Counted from the stretch's first letter, positions 53,001 to 63,449 are shown. The stretch: 64,000 nt of DNA from Hymenobacteraceae bacterium (GCA_031397815.1 JANNMJ010000168.1:4273-68272), one strand, 5' to 3'. The notes: a model not told the origin generated them from the letters alone. Program-made: numbers and translations.

Positions 53001-54578
53001 AACCGCCGAGGGCTGGTAAATCTGGAAGTTATCGAACGCGAAACCATCATCGGTGCCGGAGCCTTCGGAAGCGAAGGCGATCCGCAGCCGGACGCTTGGC
53101 TGGTTGGCCAAGCCAGACAGCACGTGCTTAGCCGTCAGCCAGCCGCCCGAGCCGTTGATTGGGGGGAAACCGTTGCCGTTGCCCGTCCAGCCTTCTTGTT
53201 GACCGCCGGGGTTACCGTTGAGCGTGCTGTCATTATACCAGTTGTCGGGGTCGCCCACGGCGCCCACATTCTGCCACGTAGCGCCACCATCGATGGAGCT
53301 TTGCAGCACTGCACCGTCGTAGCTGCTTTCTGACTGCCACCAGATCTTCAGCTCAACTGTTGGTAGAGCCAGCGAGGAGAAGTCGAAGCACGGGCTGAGG
53401 ACGAACGAGTTTTCGTTGTTGTTGTAAGGCGCGGTCAGGTTCGTGATCCACGAGTTCGGCCCGGAGAAAGCCGAGTTGATGACCCCCTTCGCCGGCGTGC
53501 CGAGCGCCCAGCTCGACAGGGTGCCGCCCGAAGACCAGCCGCCCGCGCCATTGTCGAAGGTTTCGTTGTACGGGAAGCTGGTGATCGGGGTGATGATCGT
53601 CAGCGCCGGGTTGGAGGGAGCCGCGTTGTTCGATGCGTTACCGTCGCCGGCCAGGTTGGTGGTAGCCGTGAAGGTGTACGTACCGTTACCAGCGGGCGTG
53701 TAGGGCGTCGGGAAGGTAAAGACGGCCGTAGCACCCGGAGCCAGCGGCCCTGCGAACGTAGCAGTTACCGGCGCGCCGCCGTTCACGGTGTAGCTCACCG
53801 GAATGTTCGACTGAGGCGCCGAACCGAAGTTCTGTAACCGCACCGTCACGTTCACCGGGTTCGCCGAGCACGTGCTGCCCGTGCCGGGAACGGTAATGGC
53901 GGCAACCCCCACGTCGGACGCGGAAGGCTGGTAAATCTGGAAGTTGTCGAAGGCAAAGCCGTCGTCGGTACCAGAGCCGTCGGAAGCAAATGCAATCCGC
54001 AGCCGAACATTGGTTTGGCCTGCCAACCCCGTCAGCGCGTGTTTGGCCGTTACCCAGCCGCCGCTACCAGCAGCATCGCGCCCCGACCAGCCTTCCTGTT
54101 GGCCGCCGGGCGCGCCACCGATGGTGTTGTCGGTGTACCAGTTGTCGGGGTCACCGAAGGCGCCCACATTCTGCCACGTGATGCCACCATTGATGGAGCT
54201 TTGCAGGACGGCGCCGTCCCAGCTGAATTCGTTTTGCCACCAAATTTTCATCTCCACGATGGGCAAAGCCAGCGACGAGAAGTTGAAGCAAGGGCTGATG
54301 ACATCGCCACTGACGTTGTCAGCGTAATCACCGGTCAGACCGCCCGTAATCCACGAGTTCGGCCCGGAGAAAGCGGTGTTGATAACCGTTTTAGCCGGTG
54401 TCCCGAGCGTCCAGTCGACGTTACTCGTTGGCGAAGTCCAGCCGCCGGGGCCGGCGTCGAAGTTCTCGCTGTATGGAAACGAGCTGATTGGGTTGGTGCA
54501 GGGAAGTGTCTGAGCACTTACACTGCCGATGGCTGCTAGCGCGCACGCGACGGGCAGCAGGAGGTAACGTTTCTTCAT
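50004..54578 (-). CDS. giant T9SS-secreted modular protein, four (MAM-like + CARDB-like) modules
   Basis: ORF 50004..54635 with ATG at 54578 (MKKRYLLLPVACALAAIGSVSAQ). Four repeats of FPY..NF(D/E).G.GGW..WALGTPAK.......GPNSW(I/V)T...SPCFDFS.L..P..E(M/L)KIWW..E....DG..(L/F)QSSI(D/N)GG.TWQNVGA.GDPDNW are each followed by D(V/L)(G/A/S)V..I..P........VTV.(L/V)(Q/T)N.G. The C-terminus VFPNPSNGVFRV..GVYVLKVTDADGN is a CTD. Confidence 0.8.
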   Translation of the reverse strand: MKKRYLLLPVACALAAIGSVSAQTLPCTNPISSFPYSENFDAGPGGWTSPTSNVDWTLGTPAKTVINTAFSGPNSWITGGLTGDYADNVSGDVISPCFNFSSLALPIVEMKIWWQNEFSWDGAVLQSSINGGITWQNVGAFGDPDNWYTDNTIGGAPGGQQEGWSGRDAAGSGGWVTAKHALTGLAGQTNVRLRIAFASDGSGTDDGFAFDNFQIYQPSASDVGVAAITVPGTGSTCSANPVNVTVRLQNFGSAPQSNIPVSYTVNGGAPVTATFAGPLAPGATAVFTFPTPYTPAGNGTYTFTATTNLAGDGNASNNAAPSNPALTIITPITSFPYNETFDNGAGGWSSGGTLSSWALGTPAKGVINSAFSGPNSWITNLTAPYNNNENSFVLSPCFDFSSLALPTVELKIWWQSESSYDGAVLQSSIDGGATWQNVGAVGDPDNWYNDSTLNGNPGGQQEGWTGNGNGFPPINGSGGWLTAKHVLSGLANQPSVRLRIAFASEGSGTDDGFAFDNFQIYQPSAVDVGVAAITAPLTGTSCSSNPSNVTVRLQNYGSASQSNIPVTYTVNGGAPVTATFAGPLAPGATATFTFPAQFNPGGQGTFVFTATTNMPGDGNATNDAAQNTTLTIVTPVSAFPYTQNFENGAAGWATGGSASSWQLGEPAKATISGAASGVNAWTTNLTGNYNNNENSYVISPCFDFTGLGLPSVEMQIWWHSNSGNDGTVFQSSIDGGATWQNVGAVGDPDNWFNDGSIGANPGGQTSGWTGDGGGFPQIQGSGTYVVSTHTMPQLANQPSVRFRFAFASDGFTNTDGFAFDDFKIIGLTPPPPPAVNDLAIAAIAQPTSSCTLTNSELVTVVVTNRGTAAQSNFPVTVTYTTPGGTTRTISTTFSSNLAPNTSQPIFFARPQDLSARGCYNFKAYATLASDQLRTNDTARAEVCNLLIAVTPTAPYQQNFETTTGGWNAKGGTWALGTPAKSTIQGAASGTRAWVTGGLGTGRYTDLENSSVESPCFDLSTLTDPFIELKLWFRTESGRDGASIQYTTNAGATWSTIGTASDPNWYNSATIGAQPGGTSQGWSGGNGGYVLYRHSLTGTSAAGQSQVRFRVVFAATTANPPAANDVDDGVAFDDVAIYQRPTNDVSVLGILPVGSACGFTSNEQIQVRVKNVGTTPITTLPISYQLGTGPVVSTTANISLAPEAEGIVLFPQTANLTTAPCYNLTLTTNLAGDQLAFNNSLTVNLCNTQANTLPTLVTFDAPNSTIDRLSLQTQSLSRIGLAPSRGVSTSTAMLMTGGGSTWTDPLGPGANPWQLNASHLAIATLCVKPTGIPAGTPIRLAFSLRQVSNGAAALFSNVNFRVLVNGTVVGDANYQPNPASPATGPYRFLSFDITRFRVGTNNIIVQFQSSVNRNFSNSLGDANFIDDITVDGAVGFGIESAFAQGVNVFPNPSNGVFRVALDHAGAHAYSLVVTDLSGRTVTTQSLKANGYAEAELDLTKLARGVYVLKVTDADGNLSVRKLNLE

Positions 54579-54790
54579 TATTTGCAAGAAAAGAACGGAA
54601 CGTTTGGTTGATATGGAAGCGGCCAGAGGAGCCAATGAGGGCAGAAATGAGTCGGAACGAAAAGGCAGGAAGGATGGGAAAAGATCGTCCGACGCTCTAA
54701 AAGTAGCGACAATTCCTCAAAAAGCCCTAATTGCTTCTTTTGTCGATTGTTCCGATGTAGGTAGAAATTGGATAGGCCGCGCCTGAAACG

Positions 54791-54798
54791 TACCTTTG
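54791..54798 (+). promoter_or_regulatory. -7 box TACCTTTG for atpD
   Basis: Exact TAnnTTTG match 72 nt upstream of the atpD ATG. Confidence 0.5.
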
Positions 54799-54836
54799 CG
54801 GCCCGAAGCGCGAAGCGGCTGTCCCGGTCGCTGTAA

Positions 54837-56375
<1,539 letters not shown>

Positions 56376-56386
56376 TTTTAGTTAAT

Positions 56387-56459
56387 GGTTTTCGGTTTTC
56401 AGTTTTCAGTTTTTGGTCCGTATCCAAAACTGAAAACCAAAAACCAAAAACTAAAAACC
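56387..56459 (+). other. long imperfect hairpin of GTTTT(C)/AAAAC repeats between atpD and atpC
   Basis: Left arm ggttttcggttttcagttttcagtttttgg, loop tccgta, right arm tccaaaactgaaaaccaaaaaccaaaaactaaaaacc. Confidence 0.75.
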
Positions 56460-56466
56460 AGTTAAA

Positions 56467-56715
56467 ATGCATTTAGACATTATCACTCCTGACCAGCGCG
56501 TTTTCGGTGGCGAGGCCGTTTCGGTCACGTTTCCGGGGCTGGACGGTTCGTTTGAAGTGCTCGACAACCACGCGCCGCTCATCGGAGCGTTGCGGGCGGG
56601 GCCTATCGTGGTACGTCAGGCCGGTGGAGTGCCCACCACTTTCCGCGTCGACGGCGGCGTGGTCGAAGTGCTCAACAACAACGTAGTGGTGCTGGCGGAA
56701 GCCTTGCTCGCGTAA
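56467..56715 (+). CDS. atpC: F0F1 ATP synthase subunit epsilon (short form)
   Basis: 82 aa. MHLDIITPDQRVFGGEAVSVTFPGLDGSFEVLDNHAPLI is the N-terminal beta-sandwich of AtpC, directly after atpD. Confidence 0.9.
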   Translation: MHLDIITPDQRVFGGEAVSVTFPGLDGSFEVLDNHAPLIGALRAGPIVVRQAGGVPTTFRVDGGVVEVLNNNVVVLAEALLA

Positions 56716-56764
56716 GCTTTCCGAAAGCGCCACAAGAGCGCTCCCAAAGCGTTACTAAATCAAA

Positions 56765-56805
56765 CCGCCCGTTCGTGCAGCTGCACGGACGGGCGGCGGT
56801 ATTTT
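56765..56805 (+). terminator. rho-independent terminator after atpC
   Basis: Stem ccgcccgttcgtgcag/ctgcacggacgggcgg, then cggtATTTT. Confidence 0.65.
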
Positions 56806-56832
56806 CGCCCTTCCCTAATCTTACTATCCGGT

Positions 56833-58530
56833 ATGGCCGAGCTGAACGCTGAATCTTCGTCTTTCGCGAAACTGATGGCTAATGGCAACCGCTATCGGGT
56901 GCCGCTGTACCAGCGCGATTACAGCTGGGATACCGACAACTGGGAGGAGCTGTGGGCAGATATTCTGGAGGTCTACGAGAAGCGCAGCTCGATTCACTAC
57001 CTAGGTTCTATCGTGGTTCAGCACGAGGGGGAGAAAGCGTATCAGATCATTGATGGACAGCAACGCGTCACGACGCTTTCAGTACTAACCCTCGCCATCA
57101 TTCGATGCTTGGAAAAGCTGGCGGCTGATGGGCAGGCGCCCGACGACAATCGGGAGCGTGCGCGGCAGTTTCGGGAGGATTTTATCGGCCGAAAAGATGC
57201 TGTTTCGTTGCGCTATGGCAGTAAATTGACGCTTAATCAGCAGAACGACGCTTTCTATCAGCTGCATTTGGTGCAGATAAAGGAGCCTCGGCTGCTCAAT
57301 CGCGAAAACGACTCTAATCAGCGCCTATACCGGGCGCAGGAGTTTTTTTACGACAAGCTCCATACTTCCGGGCTGGCGAGCAATGGTGGGCACTTAGCGG
57401 AGCTGGCACGTTGCGTGGGCGAGGGCTTATTATTCATCCAAATTTCGGTGGATAATGAGCTGAGCGCATTTACCGTGTTCGAGACGCTCAATTACGACGG
57501 ACTACGCTTGACCGTCACCGATTTGCTCAAAAACTATTTGTTTTCGCGCTTCCCGGTCGGTTCCAATGATTTGCATTTGATCAATGAGCAGTGGCGTAAA
57601 ATCGTGGAAGCCGTCGGGTTGGATCGGTTTGGGACGTTTCTGCGGCATTATTGGCTCGCCAACCACGCGCTCATCCGCGAAGACCGCTTATTCAAGGCCA
57701 TCCGTCAGCAAATCACCACGGCGGCGGACGCGGATGCGCTGCTGACTCGTCTGGAATCGGCGGCGTCCGTGTACGCCGCGCTGACCGATCCGGAAGACGA
57801 TCACTGGAACAACGACTCCCAAGCGCGGGCCGATATCCGGGCGCTAAACCTCTTCGGGGTGCGCTTGCATCTACCCCTGCTCATTGCCGCCGAGCTGCAC
57901 CTGCCGCGCGAGGAGGCGCGGCGCGTGCTGCATAGTCTGGTGGCGCTGTCGTTTCGCTATACGGTCATTGGTAAGCAGCAGACTAATCGGTTGGAGGAAG
58001 TGTACCAGCGCAGTGCTTTGGCGGTCACCAACCACTCGGTGGTTACTGCCAGAGAGGTATGGGGGCGCTACCTGCGCGATTTTTACCCCGACGATGCGAC
58101 CTTCCGTATGCAGTTCGAGCAGACCCGGCTGTCGGCGGCACCGCGGACGCGGAAGCTGCTGCGGTACATCCTTTTCGGACTGGAAAATCAGCTGGCCGCG
58201 ACCGACCGTGACCCGGATAACGATCCGGCGACCATCGAACATATCTTACCCGATTCGGCGGCGGGCTTGGCTGACTGGGGCGCGTTCTCGGCAGAAGACC
58301 ATTTGCTGCTCCGCGACCGGCTGGGTAATTACACGCTGCTGGAGGCCACCAGCAACCGGCAGCTGCAAACCGCTGCTTACGATGAAAAGCAGCCGGTATA
58401 TGCTGCTAGTCAGTACGCACTAGCCCAGCAAGCGCAGTATCCGGTATTCGAGCCCAAGCAGCTTAAAGATCGCCAACGCGACCTTGCCCGCGTAGCAACC
58501 GCCGTGTGGCGGTCGCCGTGGGCGGGGTAG
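56833..58530 (+). CDS. DUF262 + DUF1524 protein (GmrSD-family type IV restriction-like)
   Basis: 565 aa. The N-terminus YRVPLYQRDYSW..LGSIVV..IIDGQQRVTTL has the DUF262/ParB-like DGQQR motif. The C-terminus TIEHILP..LGNYTLLE...N is a DUF1524 His-Me finger pattern. AT content is visibly higher than in the neighbours. Confidence 0.8.
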   Translation: MAELNAESSSFAKLMANGNRYRVPLYQRDYSWDTDNWEELWADILEVYEKRSSIHYLGSIVVQHEGEKAYQIIDGQQRVTTLSVLTLAIIRCLEKLAADGQAPDDNRERARQFREDFIGRKDAVSLRYGSKLTLNQQNDAFYQLHLVQIKEPRLLNRENDSNQRLYRAQEFFYDKLHTSGLASNGGHLAELARCVGEGLLFIQISVDNELSAFTVFETLNYDGLRLTVTDLLKNYLFSRFPVGSNDLHLINEQWRKIVEAVGLDRFGTFLRHYWLANHALIREDRLFKAIRQQITTAADADALLTRLESAASVYAALTDPEDDHWNNDSQARADIRALNLFGVRLHLPLLIAAELHLPREEARRVLHSLVALSFRYTVIGKQQTNRLEEVYQRSALAVTNHSVVTAREVWGRYLRDFYPDDATFRMQFEQTRLSAAPRTRKLLRYILFGLENQLAATDRDPDNDPATIEHILPDSAAGLADWGAFSAEDHLLLRDRLGNYTLLEATSNRQLQTAAYDEKQPVYAASQYALAQQAQYPVFEPKQLKDRQRDLARVATAVWRSPWAG

Positions 58531-58573
58531 GTTTCCTTTTACGCTGGCGTCACGGCCAGTTCTTTCCGTTCCC

Positions 58574-59707
58574 ATGCCCATCTCCCCGAAAACGCCGCCC
58601 ATCTATCAAACTTCCGTCTTCACGTTTGGCTCGCTCGCGGAGCTGGAGGCGTATTATGCCGCGCCGGGGCAGGATGGGCGCTACGCCTACGCCCGCGCCG
58701 AGCACCCGAATTCCGATGCGTTCGTGATGGCCGTGGCGAAGCTGGAACACGCTGCGGGGGGCGTCCCGACGGGCGCGGGCTTGTCGGGCTTGCTCGCGGC
58801 GGTGCTCGCGACGTGCGCCGCCGGCGACCACGTGCTGTGCCCCGAAGAGCTGTATGGCGGCTCGGTGGCGCTGCTGTCGGGGGAGATGGCGCGCCTCGGC
58901 ATCCGCACGACTTACGTCCCGCTCGCCGACCTCTACGACCTCGGTCCGCACCTGCAACCTACCACGAAGCTCGTGCTGGCGGAGACCCTCTCGAATCCGC
59001 TCCTCACCGTCCTCGATGGGCCGCGCTTGGGGGCGGCGTGCCGGGCGCACGGCGTCAAGCTGCTCATCGACAATACGTTCGCATCGCCGATTCTGAGCCA
59101 GCCGATGACGTGGGGCGCCGATATGGTGTGGCACTCGGCCACGAAATACCTCAGCGGCCACTCCGATGTGACCGCCGGCGTGGTGGTGGCGCAAGACCCG
59201 GCCCTCGTGACGCGGCTGCGGCAAGTGGGCACGAATCTGGGCCTGACGCTGGCGCCGTTTGAGTCGTGGCTGACGAGCCGGAGCCTGCACACGCTGCGCC
59301 TGCGGGTGCGCCAACATTCGGAGAATGGCTTGGCGGTGGCGCAGTTTCTGGCGGCGCATCCGGCGGTGGCAATGGTGTATTACCCCGGTCTGCCGACGCA
59401 CGAAGGCCACGCGTTGGCGGCTGAGCAGCTCAGCCACGGGTGGTTCGGGGGGATGCTTTCGTTTCGGTTGAAAGACGATTCACAGGAGGCTGCCGACCGG
59501 TTTTTTCAGCGGACGAAGCACTTTCCGTTGGCGCCGTCGTTGGCGGGGGTGATGTCGTCGTCGTCGTACCCGCTCGCCACGAGCCACCGCGCCGTGCCCG
59601 ATGAGCGCCGCCGCCGGTTGGGCATCACGCCGGGGCTGGTGCGGGTGTCGGTAGGGGTGGAGGAAGTCGAGGAGCTGCTCGCCGACCTGCAACAGGCACT
59701 CGGATAG
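58574..59707 (+). CDS. Cys/Met-metabolism PLP-dependent enzyme (cystathionine gamma-synthase / methionine gamma-lyase family)
   Basis: 377 aa. It has SATKYLSGHSDV (PLP Lys), IDNTFASP and LVRVSVGVE. Confidence 0.85.
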   Translation: MPISPKTPPIYQTSVFTFGSLAELEAYYAAPGQDGRYAYARAEHPNSDAFVMAVAKLEHAAGGVPTGAGLSGLLAAVLATCAAGDHVLCPEELYGGSVALLSGEMARLGIRTTYVPLADLYDLGPHLQPTTKLVLAETLSNPLLTVLDGPRLGAACRAHGVKLLIDNTFASPILSQPMTWGADMVWHSATKYLSGHSDVTAGVVVAQDPALVTRLRQVGTNLGLTLAPFESWLTSRSLHTLRLRVRQHSENGLAVAQFLAAHPAVAMVYYPGLPTHEGHALAAEQLSHGWFGGMLSFRLKDDSQEAADRFFQRTKHFPLAPSLAGVMSSSSYPLATSHRAVPDERRRRLGITPGLVRVSVGVEEVEELLADLQQALG

Positions 59708-59739
59708 GAATTCGCAGCGGTTTTCTGTAGAAAAATAGG

Positions 59740-60888
59740 TCAGAAACGCATAATCGCCGTCACGACGCGGTCGAGGTCGGCGTCTTTCATGCCGTTGCCG
59801 GATGGGAGGCAGAGGCCGTGCGCGAAGAGTTTATCGGCAACGGCGCCGCCGTAAGTGGGGGCGTCGGCGTAGGCGGGCTGCTGGTGGAGCGGTTTCCAGA
59901 GCGCCCGACTTTCGATGTTGACCGTTTCGAGGTGCTGCCGGAGTAGCTCGGGCGAATGGTCGGGGGCGAAACCGGAATCGAGCAGCAGCGTGGTGAGCCA
60001 GCGGTTCGAGTGGAAACCCGTCGGTTCGGGCGGCCCGACGGTGAGGAAATCGAGCAGCCGCAGCCGCTCCGAATACTTACGGAACAGCGTCCGGCGCCCT
60101 TTTACGCGGTCGTCGAGGGTTTCGAGCTGCCCGCGGCCCACTCCGGCCAACACGTTCGAGAGGCGGTAATTGTACCCCACTTCGGTGTGCTGGTAATGCG
60201 GGGCGGCGGGGTCTTTGGCCTGCGTGGCGAGGTAGAGGGCGCGGTCGGCGGCGGCGCGGTCGGCGGTCAGGAGGGCGCCGCCGCCGCTGGTGGTGATGAT
60301 TTTATTGCCGTTGAACGACAGAATCCCCAGCGGCGCCCACGTCCCGAGCGGCCGACCGTGGAGGGTGCTGCCGAGGGCTTCGGCAGCGTCTTCAATCACG
60401 GGCACGCCAAACTCTTCGGCCACGGCCAGCAGCTCGGGCAGGCGGGCGGGCATTCCGTAGAGATGCACCACGATGATGGCGCGCACCCGCTTGCCGCGCC
60501 GCGCCCGGTCGGCGAGGGCTTCCCGGAGCAGGGCAGGGTCCATATTCCACGTTTCCGTCTCAGAATCGACGAAAACGGGCGTGGCGCCTTGGTAAATAAT
60601 CGGGTTGGCGGTGGCGGCGAAGGTGAACGTCGGGCACACGACTTCATCGCCCCAACCCACGTTCAGCAGCCGCAGCGCCAAGTGCAGCGCCGCCGTGCCC
60701 GAATTAAGCGCCACGACGTGCGGCGCCACCCCCGAAGGCGACGTGAGCGCCTCGGCCAGCTCGGCCTCAAAGGCCGGTAAGTGCGGGCCAGCGGGCGCAA
60801 TCCAGTTGTCGGCCAAGGCCTTAGCCACGTAGTTTAGCTCGTGGCCGCCCAAGTGCGGGGCGGAGAGGAAGAGGCGGGGTAATGGCAA
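59740..60888 (-). CDS. DegT/DnrJ/EryC1/StrS family sugar aminotransferase (PglE-like)
   Basis: ORF 59740..60954 opens with TTG. In-frame TTG at 60888 gives (M)PLPRLFLSAPHLGGHELNY, the usual N-terminus. FNGNKIITTSGGGAL (PLP Lys region) is present. The start is uncertain. Confidence 0.85.
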   Translation of the reverse strand: MPLPRLFLSAPHLGGHELNYVAKALADNWIAPAGPHLPAFEAELAEALTSPSGVAPHVVALNSGTAALHLALRLLNVGWGDEVVCPTFTFAATANPIIYQGATPVFVDSETETWNMDPALLREALADRARRGKRVRAIIVVHLYGMPARLPELLAVAEEFGVPVIEDAAEALGSTLHGRPLGTWAPLGILSFNGNKIITTSGGGALLTADRAAADRALYLATQAKDPAAPHYQHTEVGYNYRLSNVLAGVGRGQLETLDDRVKGRRTLFRKYSERLRLLDFLTVGPPEPTGFHSNRWLTTLLLDSGFAPDHSPELLRQHLETVNIESRALWKPLHQQPAYADAPTYGGAVADKLFAHGLCLPSGNGMKDADLDRVVTAIMRF

Positions 60889-61065
60889 AGCGGTAACGGT
60901 AAGCGCGCCGACAGATGGGCGGTGCGGGCGGGCAAAGGTCGGGCACGAAGGCAAACTGCGCCCGGCGCGCTTCCGGCGGAGGCGTTTTTGGGTGCCTAAT
61001 CAGGGGCTACTGAGGAGTTTTTCAGGGCCGCCCCGACCGCTCACTACTACCGCAAATCAGGGCGC

Positions 61066-62556
61066 TCAGCGGACTACTTCTACCCAGCCGCGGGTCCGCC
61101 GGGGTTCGTCAGCTACGTCGTTTTCGAGGAGCTGGTACTGCAAATCGTATAGGTAAGTGCCCGCCGCGACGCCGGCGCCGTCCCAGCCGGTGGTGAGGTC
61201 GGTGGTGGTGAAAAGGAGCGCTCCCCAGCGCGAAAAAATGCGCAGCTCGCCGGATAGGCTTTCGGGGTATTCGCTGGGGGTGAAGGTGTCGTTGTAGCCG
61301 TCGCCGTCGGGGGTGATGACGTTCGGCATCGGCACGGCATCGGCGGTGAAAGCGATGTCGGGCAGCGCGCTGAGCCTAACCGGAAAACTCGGTAGCCCCA
61401 AGCGCCCGGTGGAGGGCAGCCGCAGCGGCACCGTCCATTTCCGAACCGTGCAAAGCGCCCCCGGCGCATCGGGCGCCTCGATGGAGTTGAGGGCCGGATC
61501 GACCGGATGAATGCCGTAAATCTTGCCATTTGGCGCCAGCTCGATAGCCGCGCCGATGCCCGCCAGCCGAATGGCGCTACCGGCAACTTTGGCGCGCGGC
61601 AGCTGCATATCGTACTGCGTCAGGTCGGATTTCAGATTCGGTAGGTAACGCGAAACGTACAGATGCTGGCCCGTAGCCGAGAACGCCACGCCATAGCACC
61701 CCACCGTGCCATCGGACCCCTGTATCGGGAGCGGCAGCTTCGCGGGGTTGCTCAAACGGCCAGTTCGACGGTTAAAATCGAAGACCTCAGCAAACGAGGA
61801 CGCGTACACCGCCACCGCCAACCGGCGCCCATCGGGCGAAAACGTCATTTCGCCGACGGCGTCTACCGCCGGTTCCGTCGTGAGCATCTGCACGGTGTTG
61901 TGCGGCGAGCCGATCCGGGTGGTAACCGGCCGTCGGGCGAGCGAATCGGGGTAAAGCCGGTACGCGAGAAAATCGGCGGTGCCCCATTTGTGCACCATAA
62001 TCCAGAAATCGCGCCCATTGGCGTGCGTCACGGCGGCGAGCTTTTCCGTCACCAACCCCAAGCGGCTGCCAATATCATCGACGCCGCCAAGCCCATTGTC
62101 GAGGCTCATATCAATCGTCACCCACGACAGACACCCGCACCCATCCGTATTAATCCGCCCGGCTTGCGCATCGGTCAAGAATAAATAATAGCGCGTACGC
62201 GAGCCGGGCTGCGGCACGATCAGCGCGCTCTGCGTGGCTGTTTCCAGCCCCGGCTGCAAATCGGAGCCGCCGAGCATCGGCCGATTAAACCGGTTCCAGA
62301 CGGTAAGGCCATCGGTATAAAAAAGCAGGTTGCCAGCTGAGTCGCACATCGTCGCGCAGCCTTCGGTGGCATCCATCGCGCTTACCGGCAGCGCAACGGG
62401 CGTTCGGGGCCGAAAGTCAATCGCGGCAAACCGCCCGAAATACCACTGGCTCGTCGGGCCGGGATCGGGTTGGGCGTGCCCGGTTATCGAAACAAGCAAC
62501 AAAGCAACGAGCGCGAACCAAGCGCGCGGCATACGAAAAGAAGACAGCAGAAGCAT
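61066..62556 (-). CDS. secreted beta-propeller-like protein with T9SS type B (gliding-motility CHU_C) C-terminal domain
   Basis: Signal peptide. The C-terminus PNVITPDGDGYNDTF..LRIFSRWGALLF..GWDG....AGTYLYDLQY is the type B sorting domain. Confidence 0.8.
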   Translation of the reverse strand: MLLLSSFRMPRAWFALVALLLVSITGHAQPDPGPTSQWYFGRFAAIDFRPRTPVALPVSAMDATEGCATMCDSAGNLLFYTDGLTVWNRFNRPMLGGSDLQPGLETATQSALIVPQPGSRTRYYLFLTDAQAGRINTDGCGCLSWVTIDMSLDNGLGGVDDIGSRLGLVTEKLAAVTHANGRDFWIMVHKWGTADFLAYRLYPDSLARRPVTTRIGSPHNTVQMLTTEPAVDAVGEMTFSPDGRRLAVAVYASSFAEVFDFNRRTGRLSNPAKLPLPIQGSDGTVGCYGVAFSATGQHLYVSRYLPNLKSDLTQYDMQLPRAKVAGSAIRLAGIGAAIELAPNGKIYGIHPVDPALNSIEAPDAPGALCTVRKWTVPLRLPSTGRLGLPSFPVRLSALPDIAFTADAVPMPNVITPDGDGYNDTFTPSEYPESLSGELRIFSRWGALLFTTTDLTTGWDGAGVAAGTYLYDLQYQLLENDVADEPRRTRGWVEVVR

Positions 62557-62660
62557 AGGTCAGAAGAAGGGGTCTTACTGAATAAGCCAGACGGGCTCCG
62601 TATCGTACTAGTTGCTCTGATGCAGCTGCACCGCCGCTTAAAGATATTGCTTCGGAGAGG

Positions 62661-62713
62661 AAAAAAAAGAAAATTCTCCCACCGAAATCATCGATTTCGG
62701 TGGGAGAATTTTC
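62661..62713 (-). terminator. strong rho-independent terminator after the acetyltransferase gene
   Basis: Perfect 21-bp stem gaaaattctcccaccgaaatc/gatttcggtgggagaattttc with a 3-nt loop and a T8 tail on the minus strand. Confidence 0.85.
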
Positions 62714-62771
62714 TGTGAAAATTCAATTATTCTTCACTTACGCGGCTTTGCACGGGCCAATGCCGCAGGGT

Positions 62772-63449
62772 TTAACCCACTGGTCGCGCCGGGACGCCCA
62801 CTACCGTCGTGTCGGGCGCCACATCGCGCGTCACGACGGCCCCGGCGCCCACAATCGCGCCCGCGCCAATCCGCACGCCCGGCAGCACGGTGGCGCCGGT
62901 TCCGATGAAAACCCCTGCTTCCAGAACCACCCCGCCGCCGAGGTTCACGCGGGGCATCAGGGAGCAGAAATCGCCGATTATGCAGTCGTGCCCGACGGTG
63001 CAGCCGAGGTTCAGCAGCACGAACCGCCCGACGCGCACGTTGGTCGTGAGGATGCATTGCTCGGTGAAGAGGCTGCCTTCGAGAAACGTATTTCCTTGAA
63101 AATCAGCATTCGCGACGGACGGGTGCCGGAGCGTAGGGAAGCTGAGCCGCGCGTTCCCCGTGAGCCGCTCCACGATGGCCCGGCGCGCTACCGGGGCGCC
63201 TACGGCAACAGCGACGGCCAGCGGCGTCGGGTGCGCCGCGAGCTGCGCGATGGTGCCGCACCACGGCAGGCCGAGGATGAGGGCGCGGGAGGCGGCATCG
63301 GCGTCATCGTCGTAAAAACCCGTCGGGACGAGGTGCGGCGCGTGACCCGCGCCGTGGCGGAGCATCGTGGCGACCTCGCGGCCTAAGCCGCCGTGACCGA
63401 CAATGACGAGAGGCGGACTGGAAGCGGACATAAGCGGTAATTCAGACAA
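62772..63449 (-). CDS. NeuD/PglD-type hexapeptide-repeat sugar N-acetyltransferase
   Basis: 225 aa with an N-terminal Rossmann-like LVIVGHGGLGREV and C-terminal left-handed beta-helix hexapeptides (IGDFCSLMPRVNLGGGVVLEAGVFIGTGATVLPGVRIGAGAIVGAGAVV). Confidence 0.85.
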   Translation of the reverse strand: MSELPLMSASSPPLVIVGHGGLGREVATMLRHGAGHAPHLVPTGFYDDDADAASRALILGLPWCGTIAQLAAHPTPLAVAVAVGAPVARRAIVERLTGNARLSFPTLRHPSVANADFQGNTFLEGSLFTEQCILTTNVRVGRFVLLNLGCTVGHDCIIGDFCSLMPRVNLGGGVVLEAGVFIGTGATVLPGVRIGAGAIVGAGAVVTRDVAPDTTVVGVPARPVG

